A stretch of 63,741 bases of DNA, filler included, from Hyphochytrium catenoides (lineage: Eukaryota; Protista; Hyphochytriomycota), in NCBI GenBank assembly GCA_900088475.1. It is 10 parts of 10 records of this genome, joined end to end, with 100 filler letters (N's around TTAATTAATTAA, not from the genome) between each part and the next. Parts side by side here need not be neighbours in the genome. Positions count along the whole stretch, not along the records: positions 61,408 to 63,741 come from FLMG01004164.1; 9 more parts are not named here. One strand, 5' to 3'. The position numbers and the translations under genes are program-made. The notes beneath the pieces are model-generated. The model did no database searches, was not told the DNA's origin, and worked only from the letters and a program-made list of their open reading frames with translations. This document shows positions 61,735 through 63,741 of this stretch, piece after piece. Position 1 is the first letter of the stretch. Every line of letters begins with the position of its first letter.

Positions 61735-62288
61735 GGGGGGGGAGGGAGACAAAGAAGGACAGAGGGAATAAAGATAACGCAGAAAGAGGGAGAGACAAGA
61801 ATCAAGAGGGAAGGGAGAGGAGGAGACGACAGAAAAAAGTAAAAAAAGCGAGAGAGAAACCAGAGAGAGAGAGAGAGGATGAAGTACATGCCATGCGCGG
61901 TCTAGGCCGTTACCTTGACGATCTTCTCCAGCTTCGTCTCCTCAATCTCAGCATCAGACGCCATGGCTCTGCTATGATCGTGCCTCTAATGAGTAGGCAG
62001 GTCTCTCTCTCTCTCTCTCTTTCTCTTTGCCTGCTCAGTGCGGTCTCTCTCTCTCTCTCTTCCCTATTTTTCAAAGCTCTTTCCCTAAACCTGCTATTTC
62101 ACGTTGTTGTCGCTCAGAGAGAAGAAAAGTGCGAGCTCGGGCAGCAGCGCTCTGATGGCCGTTTGGTCCCGAGCCAACGGGCAGAGATAACACATAAATC
62201 TATCCCAGGGAGGGGAGAGGAAACAGAGGGAGAGAGAGAGAGAGAAAGAGGAGAGAGAGAGAAAGAGAGAGAGTGACGAGAGAGAGAG

Positions 62289-62333
<45 letters not shown>

Positions 62334-63167
62334 CCACTTTGACCTTTCACCATCGTCCAGGCATTCTAGCTGTTAACGCTAATGGAATTCCTCTTCCCAA
62401 GTCTTTGTAATTCCCACATATAAGTCTCACTCTCTTTCTTTCTCTCTCTGTCTTTCTCTTTTTTTGTTTCCCTCTCTCTCTCTCTCTCTTTCCCTCTCTC
62501 TGTCTCTCTCTTTTTGCCCTCTCTCTCTCTCTGCCCCTCTCTCTCTCTCTACCCCTCTCTCTCTCTCTNNNNNNNNNNNNNNNNNNNNNNNNNNNNNNNN
62601 NNNNNNNNNNNNNNNNNNNNNNNNNNNNNNNCTCTCTCTCTCTCTCTCTCTTTCTCCCTCCTTGAACTTCAGTCTTTCGAGCTGTGTTCTCACGCATCGC
62701 TGTCATCGCACTTTTCTGCCTCTTTCCGGCTTTTCTGCGCTCGTCAGACGTCGATCGTCTTATAGTCTAGAGAGAGGCGGTGCTATCGAGAGAGTGCAGT
62801 GTTCTCTCCCTGTTTCGCTCTCTTTGTCTCTTTCTTTTCCCTTCTCTTCTCTCTCGTCTGTTCGTCGTCGTCAGAAGATCTTTCTCGTCCTTTCTTGGTT
62901 CTCCTTCTCCGACAGCTCACAGCTCTCTCTCTCTCTCCTTTTCTTTTTGTTGACAAGAAAATCTATTTCTTCCCGCTCCATCTCTCTCTCTCTCTTCCTG
63001 TCCCCCTCTCTCTCTCTCTCTCTTCCTATCTCCATCTCTCCCGGGCGTTATGGGGCAAGCTCCTGGGCTGATCGTGAGGATAGCCTAGGGCTGAGCTGGG
63101 AAGATGGGGAATGGGAACTCTTCTAGGAACTCCTCATCGGTAATAAGAAGTCTCTCTTTCCTCACTC

Positions 63168-63204
<37 letters not shown>

Positions 63205-63360
63205 CTCTCTCTCTCTCTCTCTCCAATCTCTTCTCTCCCTCCTTTCCTCTCCTGAAGCTTTTCTATTTCTGACAATTGCTTACCACGAATGTCTCACACT
63301 TTATATCTTTCTTTCTCTCCCTCTCCGTCTCCTCTCTCTCTTTCTCTCCTCTCTCTCTCG

Positions 63361-63392
<32 letters not shown>

Positions 63393-63554
63393 CCACTCCT
63401 CTTCCCAGCGAAGCGATGGCTCCTCCTCGCGAGTGGACGCAGAAGCTCCGTCCAGGGCTCTTCAAGAGGGAGAGACCGCAGCAAACCAAGCTGTGCAAGG
63501 TAAGGAGATGGCGATCAGAGCTTAGACAGGCATGAACAGATAAGCAATGCCGAT

Positions 63555-63603
<49 letters not shown>

Positions 63604-63741
63604 GTCTCTCTCTCGCGGTCATCTCTCTCAGGCAGCTTTGGCTTCTCCTTCCTTCTTTCCTTCTTCTCTTCATGTCTGTCCCTTCCAGTCCTCATATCGT
63701 CTCTTTCTGGTCTCACTAATTCTATCTCTCTCTCTCTCTCT
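56490..63741. repeat. Dense (GA)n/(CT)n microsatellite region
   Basis: Long imperfect AG/CT dinucleotide tracts, for example 58205-58505, 59305-59741, 59880-60280, 60480-61880, 62210-62330 and 62430-62660. Similar tracts occur at 28860-29250 and 31190-31260. Confidence 0.95.
59199..61970 (-). CDS. Hypothetical multi-exon protein (partial) with repeated FD-x5-W-x2-GD-x-VD motif
   Basis: Non-repetitive islands with splice-type ends: MASDAEIEETKLEKIVK| (about 61911-61965), VPPEGQF..ALANLKAE| (60285-60477), VAFDRVTQTWQTGDSVDLS (59764-59823) and MMFDKVAKRWVGGDVDMTGFDDESS..QK| (59199-59300). The model spans one spacer and one gap. Confidence 0.5.

Noticed and set aside
58110-63741. Many long ORFs rich in SLSL or ERER
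   Set aside because: These are stop-free translations of (CT)n/(GA)n microsatellites.
1-63741. Stop-codon reassignment, suggested by TAG/TGA in protein-like relics
   Set aside because: Long conserved ORFs (LACS, the ZRANB3 last exon, the pogo-derived gene) have no in-frame stops, and genes end in TAG, TAA or TGA. The relics are better explained as pseudogenes.

Overview
Eukaryotic, intron-containing nuclear DNA in the standard genetic code, probably from a protist or alga (the lineage is an inference). The window is a gapped scaffold of ten pieces joined by nine artificial 100-nt spacers (44 N + TTAATTAATTAA + 44 N), with a few additional plain N gaps. Recognisable genes are a large neurobeachin-like BEACH/WD40 gene, an F-box gene, a KIX-like/F-box-like/LRR gene, ZRANB3 (SNF2 helicase + NZF + HNH), an intronless CENP-B/pogo transposase-derived gene with a degenerate catalytic triad and an AT-hook, an SLC35C2/TPT-family transporter, a RibD-C/Rib7-type reductase, a renalase-like flavoprotein, an intronless long-chain acyl-CoA synthetase and tRNA-Gly(GCC). 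The left end holds a hairpin-rich tandem repeat, then a frameshifted 23-aa-repeat (STPR-like) ORF abutting a truncated, frameshifted MOCS3/UBA4 copy, which may be a Helitron-type gene capture. The right end holds a degenerate CCCTAA-containing satellite and a gene whose exons lie between (GA)n/(CT)n microsatellite introns of alternating polarity. The most promising leads are the probable independent pogo domestication, the possible Helitron capture, the complementary microsatellite introns and the KIX-F-box-LRR architecture. All domain calls were made by eye and no searches were run.
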